NCBI RefSeq assembly: GCF_001194135.2
Contig: NC_069004.1
Span: forward strand, 9,356,890 to 9,420,889
Origin: Octopus bimaculoides
Taxonomy: Eukaryota
Direction of reading: 5' to 3'
DNA length: 64,000 bases
Part shown: piece after piece, positions 51,989 to 63,389 of the stretch
Position numbering within the stretch: position 1 is the first letter of the stretch
How the letters are laid out: every line of letters starts with the position of its first letter
Position numbers and translations under genes: made by a program
The notes under the pieces: model-generated
Databases searched by the model: none
The model's input: the letters and a program-made list of their open reading frames with translations, nothing else
Told to the model about the DNA's origin: nothing

Positions 51989-52531
51989 ATGTCGTTCTGT
52001 TTACCATACCTCAGGCTTTACCGCCATCTCTCAGCATTCACAGCTCTGTGTCAAAGACATTTTCAACTGGGACAGATTCATTCGCTCAAAGTGACCCCTG
52101 CCCTTCCTCTGGTCAGAACGGCTGCAACAAAAGCTGCAAAGCATGAAGTAATAGTTTCACAATCAACGTGTATCTTTGAAAACCTTTCTCTGGAAGAATG
52201 GCTATTCGAAAACACAGACTTGGAAAATACATCTTATCTGTTGATCTGGCGAAACACTGAAACGGTTGTGATTGGGCGGCACCAGAATGCTTGGATTGAA
52301 GCCAATGTGCCACTGCTGGAACAGAAAGGTGTCAGCATTGCACGCAGGAACAGTGGCGGAGGAACCGTTTACCATGATCTTGGCAACATCAACTTCTGTT
52401 TCCTAACATCGCGTGAACGATACGACAGAAAGTGGAACCTGAATCTTGTGACCGAGGCTGTTAACGATCAGTGGATGTTAAATCTCAGTGTGAATGCCCG
52501 AGATAACATCATGTGGAATGACATGTTTAAG
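51989..52531 (+). CDS. LIPT1: Lipoyltransferase 1 (mitochondrial), first coding exon
   Basis: The Arg/Leu/Ser-rich, acid-free N-terminus looks like a mitochondrial presequence. LplA-family motifs: ENLSLEEWL, LLIWRNTETVVIGRHQNAW, IARRNSGGGTVYHDLGNINFCFLT. Phase-0 donor AAG|GTGAGT. A 5'UTR acceptor ttttatttttcag| lies at 51927. Confidence 0.95.
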
Positions 52532-53460
52532 GTGAGTAACCAAGAATGTTATTTTGGTTCTTTATTAGTCAGTATGTCATAGACATTGTGACCTTGTCAC
52601 CATAAATGATACCTTTGTACAAACATACCAACCACTTGAGGCTTGTTGCAGTTGTCCACGCTTTCAGGTATTTGCGACAGAAGTCAAGCGACAAATGTAC
52701 ATTACATGTCATTTATATGATTTCAAGTATGTTTTTTTGTAAATCTTTGTAACCATGTTACGAGTGAAATACATTGCCTTTCCTTTATGAAAGACAAATT
52801 TGATTCCTGTTCAATTTAAACTCTGACCATTAGGAAACAATGTTGAAATTATTGTGTCAACCAATATTATGAATGACATGTCCACCGACACTCATGTTCA
52901 GTCAACACTACCAGTGTTGACTGAACGACTGTACTGTTGGACAAAATGCTTCGTGGCATTTCATCTGTCTTTACATTCTGAGTTCAAATGCTGCCAAGGT
53001 CAATGTTGCCTTTCATCCTTTCAGTGGTTGATAAAATAAGTACCCATTGAACCCTGAGGTCAAAGTAATTGTCTTCTCACCTTCACTGAAATTACTGGCC
53101 TTGTGCCAAAATTTGAAACAGTCATTAAGGTGGTGAGGCAGCAGAATCATTAGCTTGTTGGACAAAAGGCTTAGTAGCATTTTGTCCAGTTTTACATTCT
53201 GAGTTCAAATCCCACCAAGGTCAGCTTTGTCTTTCATCTGTTGAGGCTATTACAATATCATAGAGAGTTAAGCTAGGTTACTAGGCTACATCTACGTGAC
53301 CTCTGATGTATAATTTTGGCCAGCAGTTGTGAGTTTTGAGCCTACATTGAGTGCATTGGATGCAGGGGGATTTTTAAACCCATTTTTGGGTAAAAAAAGG
53401 TGTGTCTTACAGGCCATCAAATATGGATGTTTTGCGTCCTTGTCCCATTTTGTATTATTT

Positions 53461-53496
<36 letters not shown>

Positions 53497-53536
53497 GAAA
53501 CTCTGAAATGATTTTGGTGTTTGTTGATTTTGACAG

Positions 53537-53644
53537 GTCTCTGGAACTGCTGCAAGGTTGAAATCCAAACGTGCCTATCATCATTTTACTCTGCTTCTTG
53601 ATGTCAATCTGAATAACCTACAATCCTTTCTCCAGAGCCCTCTG
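53537..53644 (+). CDS. LIPT1: LIPT1 coding exon 2 (36 codons)
   Basis: ttgacag|GTC...CTG|gtgagt. VSGTAARLKSKRAYHHFTLLLDVNLNNLQSFLQSPL completes the K(I/V)SGTA and AYHHxTLL motifs. Confidence 0.95.
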
Positions 53645-53980
53645 GTGAGTGACTTTTATCTTTCACATTTATCATAACACAGAAATCATCTGCAAGCAGC
53701 TACAGCAGCAGCATCACCACTACCACTACCTCCATCATCACCACCACCACCACTATTACCACTATCATCCACCACCTCCTCCTCATTGTTATCATCATCA
53801 TCGTCATCATCACTACAACTATCACCACTTTCACCACCATCAGTTGTAGTAGTGGTAGTAATAACAGTTCTTGTTTTCCTTTATTGACATCACCGTATAT
53901 ATCTTACCTAATTCTTCACCCGCATTGCTCAAAAGTCCCTTGAAACATTTAATTTTTGTTTTTGTTTTTTTTCCCCTTAG

Positions 53981-54118
53981 CTTGGAGCAAGTAGTCGTGC
54001 CACAGCCAGCATCCCTTCCTCTGTCATCAACCTTGTTGATGTGGAACCGCAGTTGACATACGACAATGTCATCCAGTGTGTTGCTCAGCGATTTCTTAGT
54101 TTCAATCAGAACTCACAG
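53981..54118 (+). CDS. LIPT1: LIPT1 coding exon 3 (46 codons)
   Basis: ttttttccccttag|CTT...CAG|gtaatt. LGASSRATASIPSSVINLVDVEPQLTYDNVIQCVAQRFLSFNQNSQ contains the SxATxSxPSxVxNL motif. Confidence 0.95.
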
Positions 54119-55989
54119 GTAATTAAAAGACAGCTGTTTCCTTGGTGTTCCATCAATCCTTATTAGATATTTTTGGCTTAATTAACTAATTAACCCCTTT
54201 GTTTCCATATTTCTGTTGAAATTCCCTTCCATTCTTTCAATTAATTTTGAAAATAATGAAGAATTTGGTAAAAATAATCCTGTCATTATCTTTTGTTTTT
54301 ACTTGTTTCAGTCACTAGACTGTGGCCATGCTGGGGCAATGCCTTGAAGAGTTTTTAGTCAAATGAATTGACCCTGGTGCTTCTTTATTTTATTGGTCTC
54401 TTATACCGAACTGCTAAGTTACAAGGACATAAACAAACCAAGACTGGTTGTCAAGTGGTGGGAGGGGACACACACACACATATATATATGACAGACTTCT
54501 TTCAGTTTCTGTCTACCAAATCCACTCACAATGATTTGGTCGGCCTGAGGCTATAGTAGAAGACACTTACCCAAGGTGCCACCCAGTGAGACTGAACCCA
54601 GGACCATGTTGTTGGGAAGCAAGTTTCTTACCACACAGCCACTCCTGTGCCTTTAAAGATGTTTGCTGAGCAGTCACCCATCTAAGTACTAACCAGGCTC
54701 CTTATTGCTTAACTTCAGTGACCGGACAAGAAACCCTTTTGTTACCAAATTTCTGTTGAAATGCACTACCACTGGAACATATACAACCCCAGTGAGAGTT
54801 GAACTTGGTATGTAAATGGACTAAGCTAAATACAGCAGACCAGACTATTTAGTCTCATATTTTACCATTCCTGCTTCTTTTAATGCCCTTTAACAATATN
54901 NNNNNNNNNGATTTCGATTCCCAAACCCGGCGTTGTGAGTGTTTATCGAGCGAAAACACCTAAAGCTCCATGAGGCTCCGGCAGGGGATGGTGGCGAACC
55001 CTGCTGTACTCTTTCACCACAACTTTCTCTCACTCTTACTTCCTGTTTCTGTTGTACCTGTAATTCAAAGGGCCAGCCTTGTCACACTGTGTCACGCTGA
55101 ATCTCCCCGAGAACTACGTTAAGGGTACACGTGTCTGTGGAGTGCTCAGCCACTTGCACATTAATTTCACGAACAGGCTGTTCCGTTGATCTGATCAACT
55201 GGAACCCTCGACGTCGTAAGCGACTGAGTGCCAACAACAACAACAACAATATCCTCAATCATTCCTTTTGTTTAACAACCAACTGTTTTAGTAGAATACT
55301 ACAATTAATTACTTTTCAGAATGTTATTTGTCACCCTATTTTACTGCCGCAGAAATTTGCAACCATGATCAGCTTTGGTTGAAGTTCCTATACCCCTGAA
55401 TAAGCTTGAATTTGTGTGCCTCACTTAGGTCAATAACCTTAAAAAAATATGTAGTATGGAGAAGAGAAATAACTCTAGTTGCTTAAGCTGTTATAATTAT
55501 AAAGAGTTACGTCCCTAGAAATATTAGCTTGCATATTTCTCTAATTCTTTCACGCTCACTAATTCCATTCACCACCATCCACGTCCAACGTTTGAAGAAT
55601 ATTGCTTGTTGTTGTGTAGTTGTTAAGCTTTAATCGACAAGACCTAAGATTAAAGTCATTTAAACGTGATCATTTCTTTTTTGCATTATATGTCCAGGAC
55701 GCCAATATCGAACGCGTCTTTTCTTTTTTTTAATGGCGGCAAGGCGTAATTTGAGGGAAATACGACCGATATTTTCGGCAGGTCGGATGACCACGTAGGC
55801 ACTTCTTCATTGCGTCTTTCCTTATTTCTTTGGTTGAAGGATCAGGGCGGCGGCGAGGCAGTGGGTAACTAACTTTCGAAGAAGCTATGAAATAAATCTC
55901 AGCGAATTTCTTAGGGGATGCAGATTCTGTCTGTCTGTCTCCTGTACGTATATGTATATACATTGTGTGTGTATATATATATATATAGT

Positions 55990-56150
55990 TAAAAAAAACA
56001 ATAACAAAAAAACACAAAAACACAACAAAGTGAGGACGTGATATGGATAGTATTATTGGACGCTCAGGAAAGGAAAGAGAGAGTGTATGAGGTTTCGGGC
56101 GTAGCCCTTCGTCGGAAAGATGGAAAGTTCGGAGAATGGAAGAACGGAAT
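55990..56150 (-). mobile_element. Penelope-like terminal-repeat fragment with a degenerate minimal hammerhead
   Basis: The minus strand at 56115-56089 reads CCGACGA-A-GGGC-TAC-GCCC-GAAAC-CTC. Core and stem II are intact; stems I and III are degenerate. Confidence 0.45.
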
Positions 56151-56347
56151 ATATATATATATATATGCACAGGCATCGCTGTGTGGTTAAGAAGCTTACT
56201 TTGAATCACGTGCAGCACCTTGGCCAAGCGTCTTCTACTATTGCCTTGTGCTGATCAATGTCCTGTGAGTGAATCTGGTAGACGGAAACTGTGCGGAAAC
56301 CCGCCGCGTGTGTGTTATATATATATAAGCAAATGAATAATAATAAT

Positions 56348-56669
56348 AGACGTTGGATAAATGTCAATTCATTACGGCTGTTTCTTACTCATTTTATTAG
56401 ATGAATGTGTACATTACATCACAGCAAAAACCGTATTCATCAGACGATACATATAATTTTAAAACAATAGACGAACACTCCATGAACACGAAGTTGACCC
56501 GGCGGGCCAATAGGCGTGTCCCCACTGCGTTCATGGAGTGTTCGTCTATTGTTTTGAAATTATATGTATCATCTGATGAATACGGTTTTTTGCAGTGATG
56601 TAATGTACACATTCATCTAATAAAATGAGTAAGAAACAGCCGTAATGAACTGACATTTATCTATCGTCT
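56348..56669. repeat. Foldback/MITE-like long inverted repeat in LIPT1 intron 3
   Basis: Arms 56348-56487 and 56529-56669 differ by 6 substitutions and 1 indel over 140 bp; the spacer is 41 bp. Confidence 0.95.
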
Positions 56670-56789
56670 GTTTTTATCCATTTACTTACAATACACCAAA
56701 GGGAATCATGACGAGTCGGACATCCTAGAGTATACCAAGCTACGTATGATCAACACAACGTATGCTTTGGGCCTATCATTATTTTTATT

Positions 56790-57235
56790 AAGGTGGCGAG
56801 CTGGCAGAAACGTTAGCACGCCGGGCGAAATGCTTAGCGGTATTTCGTCTGCCGTTACGTTCTGAGTTCAAATTCCGCCGATGTCGACTTTTCCTTTCAT
56901 CCTTTCAGGGTCGATAAATTAAGTACCAGTTACACACTGGGTCGATGTAATCGACTTAATCCCTTTGTCTGTCCTTGTTTGTCCCCTCTATCTTTAGCCC
57001 CTTGTGGGCAATAAAGAAATAAGAAACGTTAGCACGCCGGGCGAAATGCTTAGCGGTATTTCGTCTGCAGCTACGTTCTGAGTTCAAATTTTGCCGAGGT
57101 CGACTTCGTCTTTTACCCTTTCGCGGTCGATGAGATAAGTACCAGTTACGCACTGGGGTCGATATAATCAACCCCCTTCCCTCAAAATTTTCAAGGCCTT
57201 GTGCCAAGAGTAGAAATAATAATAATAATAATAAT
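56790..57235 (+). mobile_element. tRNA-derived SINE family B (Nin/Deu-like central domain), dimer
   Basis: GGCGAGCTGGCAGAAACGTTAGCACGCCGGGCGAAATGCTTAGCGG...GAGTTCAAATTCCGCC...CTTTCATCCTTTCAGGGTCGATAAATTAAGTACCAG. The head is repeated at 57023. Other copies at about 4430-4640, 13135-13450, 17815-18805, 21630-21845, 37836-38430, 42912-43195, 52940-53240 and 60725-60840. Confidence 0.85.
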
Positions 57236-57574
57236 AATAATTACTACTACTACTACTACTACTATATATAGTTGTTTGGCAACTGGAGATGTGAAACTTC
57301 AATTTGAACGAAATTTGAACTTTCGGCGCAATGAATATATTGTGATACTCTACAGCCTGTGTGGAGTGCTTTATTTTGTTTTTATCTTCTTATTTACATT
57401 GACGCTTTCGCATTTAAATGTTCACACAACAACAAACACGAATACATACACTCAAACACGCACACTCCCCCCTCTCCTCCTTCCTCTCTCTCTCACACAC
57501 ACATACACACATGCACACACACACACACACACCTTTAACTACATTCCTCCTCTTCTTTTTTTTTTCTAATCCAG

Positions 57575-57991
57575 CCAACATCCATTGAATTCCTCGACCT
57601 TAAGAAAGACCGGAGCCGTTTTCCTGGTTTAGATAAAATCTTAGAAAATCGCTTGGACTGGAAATGGATTTTTGGCAAGACTCCAACTTTTACTTTGGAT
57701 CGTCATTTCATCACACACTGCTACCAATCCAGAGAGACTTGCTTAAGGATCCACTGTAAAATTCAAGATGGCTGCATTAACACGTTAGATATCCAGTTAT
57801 CTCCCTTAGACCAAAAACTTGATAGACTCGCTTCCTCAACAAAAAATGCTTTACTGACAGAAAGACTTAGCGGAAAACATTTACAACCAGTTTTTGAAAG
57901 ACTGCGTCAGAATTTTTCTGAAGTCAAGGAAATATCACCACATCTTTTAGATTGGTTTTTAAATAGCTTATGGGTGACTTTTTTTGGTTGA
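57575..57991 (+). CDS. LIPT1: LIPT1 terminal coding exon
   Basis: Acceptor (t)n-ctaatccag|CCA. PTSIEFLDLKKDRSRFPGLDKILENRLDWKWIFGKTPTF... contains the FPG and W.W..GKTP.F motifs. TGA at 57989-57991. Assembled protein is 401 aa. Confidence 0.93.
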   Translation, partial: PTSIEFLDLKKDRSRFPGLDKILENRLDWKWIFGKTPTFTLDRHFITHCYQSRETCLRIHCKIQDGCINTLDIQLSPLDQKLDRLASSTKNALLTERLSGKHLQPVFERLRQNFSEVKEISPHLLDWFLNSLWVTFFG

Positions 57992-58519
57992 AATTCTCGT
58001 TATTGTTGACATAATGATGCGGCAAACTTCCTCGACGAGTTGGATAAACAAAATTTGTTTGCACAGTTAACACTGCCATGTGCCGGTTTCCGTGTGTCTC
58101 CAACGTTCACACTGTGTTAAACGATGTGTGTGTGTTGTGTGGAGACGTGGGTTGTTGATAGAAAGGCTATAAAATCATTAAAATCGGAAGTGTGAAAAAG
58201 TAGACGTTGAAAATATGATAATATAACGATATGGTGTGCTGTATGATTATATTTTTCGAACCTTCTGTTTTTCATTGTGGACCAGCATTGATGAGCTGAT
58301 TGACTGTAGTTCTATGATACAGGAAGTAATGGCTGCATGCTGTGTATCACTGCAGGGCACCTCGTGCAAGCTCTCTTGCGCTGTACCCCACCCCTCCTCC
58401 CCTGCAGACCAGAGACTCCACAATGGATTATGGTAGACAGAAGCTGAAAGAAGTCTGTAATGTGAGGGCGTTTGTGCTTCATTGTCTTGACATTGCTTGG
58501 CAGTGCCCCCCCTCTCCCC

Positions 58520-58574
58520 ACTAAATCTTTAATGGTCTCTCAGGGGTCATGTGGACCCCAGTTGAGAACCACTG
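58520..58574. mobile_element. Charlie-type hAT terminal sequence
   Basis: GGACCCCAGTTGAGAACCACTG (reverse complement CAGTGGTTCTCAAC) followed by CTTTAGAG, which resembles a Charlie target site. No partner end was found. Confidence 0.55.
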
Positions 58575-61500
58575 CTTTAGAGAGAAATAAAACAACAAAT
58601 TTCAAAACATCCTAATAAAGAAAATATAAATATTACTTCACAGCTTTATATTTGTCTCTTACAAATATTGTGTGTGTGTGTGTGGATTTACATTTTACTG
58701 GTTCCAATAATTGGATCCTGACCATACTGGATCATCATCACCTTGAAGGTTTTTAATTGATTACTACAACCCCTGTAATTGTTGTAAATCTGATTCTTAT
58801 TTTTATTGACCCATATATATCAAACACAACAGAACATAAAGGTACAACACAATATAAACACAACATCATGATTTAAAAAATATTTATTTAGTCAGGAGGG
58901 GAGGCATTTCCCAGAATTCTTTGCAGCAGAATAGGTGTCTGGTGGATATCCTCAAACTGGAGACTTGGCTTGAATGGCCTGAATGCTTATAATAGTGTGG
59001 CCTCCACTGAAGACAATGATGGTGTCAGGTGGGAGTGTTAAACTGTGATGGATGGAATCTACCATATTTGGATTTGAACTTAGAATGCATAGAGCCAGAA
59101 GAAATATATCACAGCATCCACTACATTGTGTATATTAATATGTACCATCATCATCATCATTTAGTATCTGTTGTCCATGCTTGGATGGTTTGACCAAGGT
59201 TGCACCAGACCACAATCTGATTGTGTGTGTGTGTGTGTGTGTATGTGTATTGGATTACCAGATAAATTACTTCATTTTTTTCTTACTTTATTCCTTTCTG
59301 ATATTATTTGAATTAATATGGAAAGTATTTTTATTGCAGAGCAAGAACAGGGCTAGAAATAAGCATAAAACACTCCAACTTTTTAAAATCGTTTTTGAAT
59401 AAATTTTATCTGCTTTCAGAGATATGATGATGATGGGAGTGCCAAGTAGAAAAAAAATGACTGAATTTGTTTGACAACACAGTGTGTGTGTATTAGTGTA
59501 TAAGAGAATGACCTTTTATATAATAAAAACTAAATCAAACCTTTCAATAAACAGATCAATAAGATAAGTTCCGAACTAAACTTGTAAGTTCAATGTCATT
59601 GACTAAAACCTCTTTAAGACAGTGTCTCCTCAATTTGTTGCTACTGTTTTTGTCGACAGGTCGTATCCTTGGCTGAGACCCTAAACTGTTAATGGCCCAG
59701 TTCACTTGGTTGTAAATAGATAACCATTGCATAATGTATTATCTAGTTCAATGCTCTGTCCTTATTTAAAACACTCAACTGATAGCAGCCTATATACTTT
59801 ATTGTAAGTAGATGGTACATTGTAGTAGATAGTTTACTGGCTTAGATTTTTGTTATGATGCTTAATTGTACTTAGAGTTGTGAGTGGATGCCATGATGTA
59901 GTGTAGAGTTCAGTGTTTTGTCCTTGACTAAGACACTTACACTTAACCAATAACAACTCACTTCACCCTGTGCACTTAGTTGCATGTACCACTGAATGGT
60001 TTAGTTCACTGTATTATAGTGTAGTACATAGTACACTGTGAATGTATGTGGCTTAGTGGTTAGGGTATTTGGCTTAAGGTTGTAGGGTCATGAGTTCAAC
60101 TCCTGGTGGTGCATTGTGTCCTTGAGCAAGACACTTTATTTCACGTTGCTCCAATTCACTCAGCTGGCAAAAATGAGTAGTACTTGTAATTCAAAGGGCC
60201 AGCCTTGTCACGTTTTGTGTCGCACTGAATTTCCCTGGGAATTACATTAAAGATATATGTATCTGTGGAGTGCTCAGCCACTTGGATGTTAATTTCATAA
60301 GCAGGCTGTTCCATTGATCGGATCAGCTGGAACCCTTGTCATCGTAACTGACAGAGTGCCAGTTAAAGTACACTGACACAGGGCCTTAACTGCTACCAAC
60401 TCTGTTCCCTAGCTCAGAGTCTTCATTATTAACTGCTCAGTCCACTAAGTTGTAAGTAGGTGCTACAATATGGTATAATTCATACTTTTATGTCCATGGC
60501 CAGCACACTTAGCTCAGTCCACCTATCTGTATACAGGTACCCTTTTACAATACAGTTGTATATTTTACCTTATTACCTATTAGAATAGTTTTATCCTAAT
60601 AGTTGTAAACACACCCTGTATGTAGGTACCCCATAACGATCTAGTTAGTTCTTTATACTGATTCCATGGCCAATACACTTAACTCAGATAACTGAACCCA
60701 TCTATTGGTAATTATATATCACATTTAAGGCAGCAAGCTGGGCAAAATGCTTAGTGGTATTTCGTCTGTCTTTACGTTCTGAGTTCAAATTCTGCCGAGG
60801 TTGACTTTGTCTTTCATCCTTTCGGGGTCGATGAGATAAGCACATATATATATGACAGGCTTCTTTCAGTTTCCATCTACCAAATTCACTCACAAGGCTT
60901 TGGTCAGCCCGAGACTATAGTAGAAGACACACACCCAAGGTGCCACACAGTGGGACTGAACCCGGAACCATATGGCTGGTAGGCAAGCTACTTACCACAC
61001 AGCCACTCCTGGCATATATATATATATATATGTATATTCATTCAACTTATGATTCACTCCTTTACTTCTGAGAGTCTCTTAATGTTTCTTACTCTGTGAT
61101 CATCATTTAGCCAACAAAGAGATAAAAAGCTTCTACTTAAAAAAGAAAAAAGAGAGAGTTTTTGTTGTTAATAAAGAAAAACCTTGAGAAAAGTCACACC
61201 TAAACATGTAACACTCCTGGCTTTTGAAATTTGCCTATAAAAATATAAATAGATAAATTTTTAGCAACTATAGGGAGTGGTGTGAGATATTTTGGCTTGA
61301 AATCCAGTCAAAAACGCCCTTTTTTTTTTTTCAGTCACATCCTTCTCATCTGTGAACAATCATTATCGTGGCATTTTCCAGCTAAACGTTGACCAATAAC
61401 TTTGTATAAAACCACTTTTTGTTATTCACCTTCAAAGCCAAAAAAAAAAAAAGAAAAAGAAACCAAAACCAATCACAAAAAGACCTAACCAACCTGAACT

Positions 61501-61744
61501 GCGTCCTACTTTTCCATAATAGATATTTTATGGGATTGTCAAAAAGTATTAGATTACAATTAGAGAACAGAGATATCACATGCAACAATGAGGTTTACCA
61601 TGACAAAAGTTGTGTAATACTATGAGCAATTAGTTAAGGAAGAAGAAAAAGAGAAAGACGTTTATATTCGTGAATCTGTTGTACATGAAATGCTGGTAAC
61701 TAGAATAGCAATAGAAAGTGGATTCATGATCGTTCACACATATA

Positions 61745-61974
61745 TTGGGTTGGTGCATAATAATTGTGACTTTTTTTTCAACAAATTTTGTTCAACAAAT
61801 ACAATAACAACATGTAACAAAAACATCTTTAAATGATTATTCCGGAGCATATTCACCATCTACTTCAATTACTGCTTCCCATTTGCTTGGCAGACGTTCA
61901 GACCGTCATTTAAAGATGCTTTTGTTGAATAAAATTTGTTGAAAAAAAGCCGCAATAATTATGCACCAACCCAA
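61745..61974 (-). mobile_element. Mariner-derived MITE with TA target duplication
   Basis: TIRs TTGGGTTGGTGCATAATAATTG and its complement (Hsmar1/MADE1-like) flanked by TA. The internal minus strand encodes ERLPSKWEAVIEVDGEYAPE*, a mariner C-terminus. A partial second copy of one end lies at 62052-62182. Confidence 0.85.
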
Positions 61975-63256
61975 TATATCTCGTGAACCCATAACATTCA
62001 ATAATAAACCAATATTGACAGTTGTCAGTTTTATTGTAATCAAAGAAAGTGTCAATTACTGCTTCCCATTTGCTTGGCAGACGTTTAGACCGTCATTTAA
62101 ATATGTTTTTGTTAAATATTATTGTTTACGTTGAATAAAATTTGTTGAAAAAAAAAGCTGCTATAATTATGCACCAACCCAATATATAGTGAGTTACATA
62201 TGTAAAACTGGCTTCTAAACTGGCTATATCTGACCAAAATATTTTGCCCGTTTTATGTTCAAACTGGCCTTGTCTAGCCTCTCACATCTGCTCAACAAGA
62301 TCATTCTTATAATAAAGAATCACATCATTGAAATCTGAAAGCCACAAGATAATGCATGATTAATTCAAAACAATATGAATGAATAAACATTACATTTGAA
62401 AGACAAATCTGAATGTTGAAGGGTTAAAAAATATGTTGTGCTATTATGTGATTTTGTATCTTGTACATCTCTTCTTCTTTATGGCCCTGAGCCAACCAAG
62501 GCTTCCTGAGGGGATTTGGTAAACAAAAACTGAAAGAAACTAGTGTGTGTGTTTCTGTCTCCTCTTCACATGCATGCACAATATACTGACAGGCTTGTGT
62601 GGTTCAGGAGTTTGGTTTCCTACAGGTTCAATTCCACAGCATGGTATGACACCTTTGGCAGGTGTCTTCTACCATAGTCTCAGGTTAACTAAAATCTTGT
62701 GAGATTTGGTTGACAGAAACTGAAAGAAGCCTTACATGTTTGTGTCTCCCTGTCTTGATGTCGCATGGAACTTGTAAATGAATTTCACTATCATTCAGAC
62801 CGAGTCAGTCATTTCCAATCTTCCAAAAATTCCTGTCTGGCCAAGGGGAAATTTTACCTTGCTTGGAGTCAATTCATGGCAATGGTTGATGGTCAGAAGG
62901 GCATCCGTCTGCAGAAAATCTACCTCAATGAATTCTATGTCCAACCATTGCAAGCATGGGAAAGTAGATTCTGTGATCATTTCATCATCTGACATGTGGC
63001 ACGCGATGCACCTGTACTGATAACATCGATTTGATGGAGGGAGTCAGCTTATGTGAACACAAACACTTGATCACTATAAACAAACCAGTTGTGTGGTTGT
63101 TCGCCAAGAAATTGCTGAACTTTCATACGTCGTCTAACAACGCCCGGTCTGGGATTCGAAACCGCAATCCTATGACCACGAGTCCGCTGCCCTAACCACT
63201 GGGCCATTGCGCCTCCACTCATAATGTACAATCTGTGCATAAACACACAGTTCACT

Positions 63257-63388
63257 CGCTTCATACCTGAAGCAATGTCTCAGCTCCGTTTTCATGCAGC
63301 TTGAAACGCTGTCTTTGGAAGCACACATCTGTGCGAGCAGCTGTTCTCTGTGATGAAGATGAATAAAACAACACATAGGAGTCGTATA
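63257..63388 (+). mobile_element. hAT (Charlie/SPIN/GTF2IRD2-like) transposase dimerisation-domain fragment
   Basis: RFIPEAMSQLRFHAA*NAVFGSTHLCEQLFSVMKMNKTTHRSRI matches the FGSTYLCEQLFSxMKxNKxxxRSRL motif. Confidence 0.85.
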
Positions 63389-63389
63389 A

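Noticed and set aside
56397-56612. Mirror-image ORFs on both strands (KPYSSDDTYNFKTIDEHSMN)
   Set aside because: A by-product of the inverted repeat, not coding.
56806-57175. Direct repeats with spacer-like intervals (also 17815-18805), superficially CRISPR-like
   Set aside because: They are SINE dimers and stacks in a eukaryotic genome, with units over 200 bp and no cas genes.
60490-60700. Two short similar segments TCCATGGCCA..ACACTTA.CTCAG
   Set aside because: Too short and diverged to define a repeat unit or structure.
63120-63220. tRNA-like sequence on the minus strand (and similar heads at about 7060-7115, 39495-39560, 60050-60110)
   Set aside because: A and B boxes are present, but there is no closing acceptor stem and the sequence runs into SINE body. 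These are SINE heads, not tRNA genes.
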